A DNA stretch of 64,000 nucleotides, taken from Chiloscyllium plagiosum (Eukaryota). Position 1 is the stretch's first letter; each line of letters starts with the position of its first letter. The notes beneath the pieces are model-generated. The model had not been told where the DNA came from. It was given only the letters and a program-made list of their open reading frames with translations, and searched no databases. The translations under genes and the position numbers were made by a program. This document shows, one piece after another, positions 63,583 to 64,000 of the stretch. The DNA is taken from positions 45,716,229-45,780,228 of the forward strand of contig NC_057728.1 in assembly GCF_004010195.1 (NCBI RefSeq), read 5' to 3'.

Positions 63583-64000
63583 TTTTAAACCCCCACACTA
63601 CCGCCTAAGTGCGGTAGTGCTTATTTTTTCCCCAGCACCCATGGTGTGTGTGTGCAGGTGTGAGACACAGTGAAAGACACAAAGTGCACGAATCTTTATT
63701 CAATTTACTCTCCTGATTATATATATATTTTTTTTAACACACTATGTGCATCAGGAGTTTAACAATCATTCCTCACTAAAAGGAATGCCAGTTAACAAAC
63801 TGGCTAAGTAATTCAGCCAGTTCAGAAATCAGGTTTTTTTGCCCCTCCAAAAAAAGGGGGCAAAAACTAACAGTAACATACTGACCATAGTGTCAGTCCC
63901 CTAAACTGAGAAGGCTCTGAATCTCCTGTTTACATTTTTTTTTCCCTTACACTCCTTTTTTTTTCTTCCTTTTTTCCCCCCCACACGACCGCCTAAGTGC
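62990..64000 (-). mobile_element. LTR fragment (family of 23194-23411) carrying a stack of poly(A)-tailed insertions at one site
   Basis: AAGTCACCCTTTATTTAC.TGTGCAC matches 23240-23265; the motif CTCCTG(T/A)TT recurs at least 7 times, each followed by a T-run. Confidence 0.7.
63414..63575. repeat. (GT)n (~63414-63441) and (TA)n (~63550-63575) microsatellites
   Basis: Direct inspection. Confidence 0.9.

Noticed and set aside
63060..64000. Repeat-spacer-like array resembling CRISPR
   Set aside because: Eukaryotic context, irregular lengths, T-runs and no cas genes; better explained as serial retro-insertions.

Overview
This is vertebrate genomic DNA, almost certainly from a cartilaginous fish (shark), inferred from the HE1/V-SINE-like, CR1 and Penelope repeat content. 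It holds one protein-coding gene, RASSF9 (minus strand, CDS 8044-9282, 412 aa), in a very GC/CpG-rich exon. There is a splice acceptor at 9331, a probable long 3'UTR towards ~3.8 kb, and a candidate promoter/first-exon region ~48 kb upstream (56.6-58.1 kb). The rest is AT-rich and dense in transposon remnants: CR1 LINEs (one near full length), L2/Crack-like and Rex1/Babar-like LINEs, several SINE families, Penelope-like elements, solo LTRs, a decayed Gypsy pol and a Harbinger-like Myb/SANT remnant. Four observations stand out: (i) about a dozen minimal hammerhead-ribozyme motifs in Penelope terminal repeats and Penelope-derived fold-back mini-elements; (ii) a stack of at least 7 poly(A)-tailed insertions/duplications all at the TATA box of one LTR (63.0-64.0 kb), suggesting a site-specific retroelement that targets an LTR family; (iii) tiny retro-fragments flanked by perfect 52-bp and 68-bp duplications; (iv) in-frame stops just upstream of the RASSF9 ATG that exclude the N-terminal extension known from mammals. 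Repeat family names come from recalled motif similarity, not a database search. Boundaries of old repeats are approximate.
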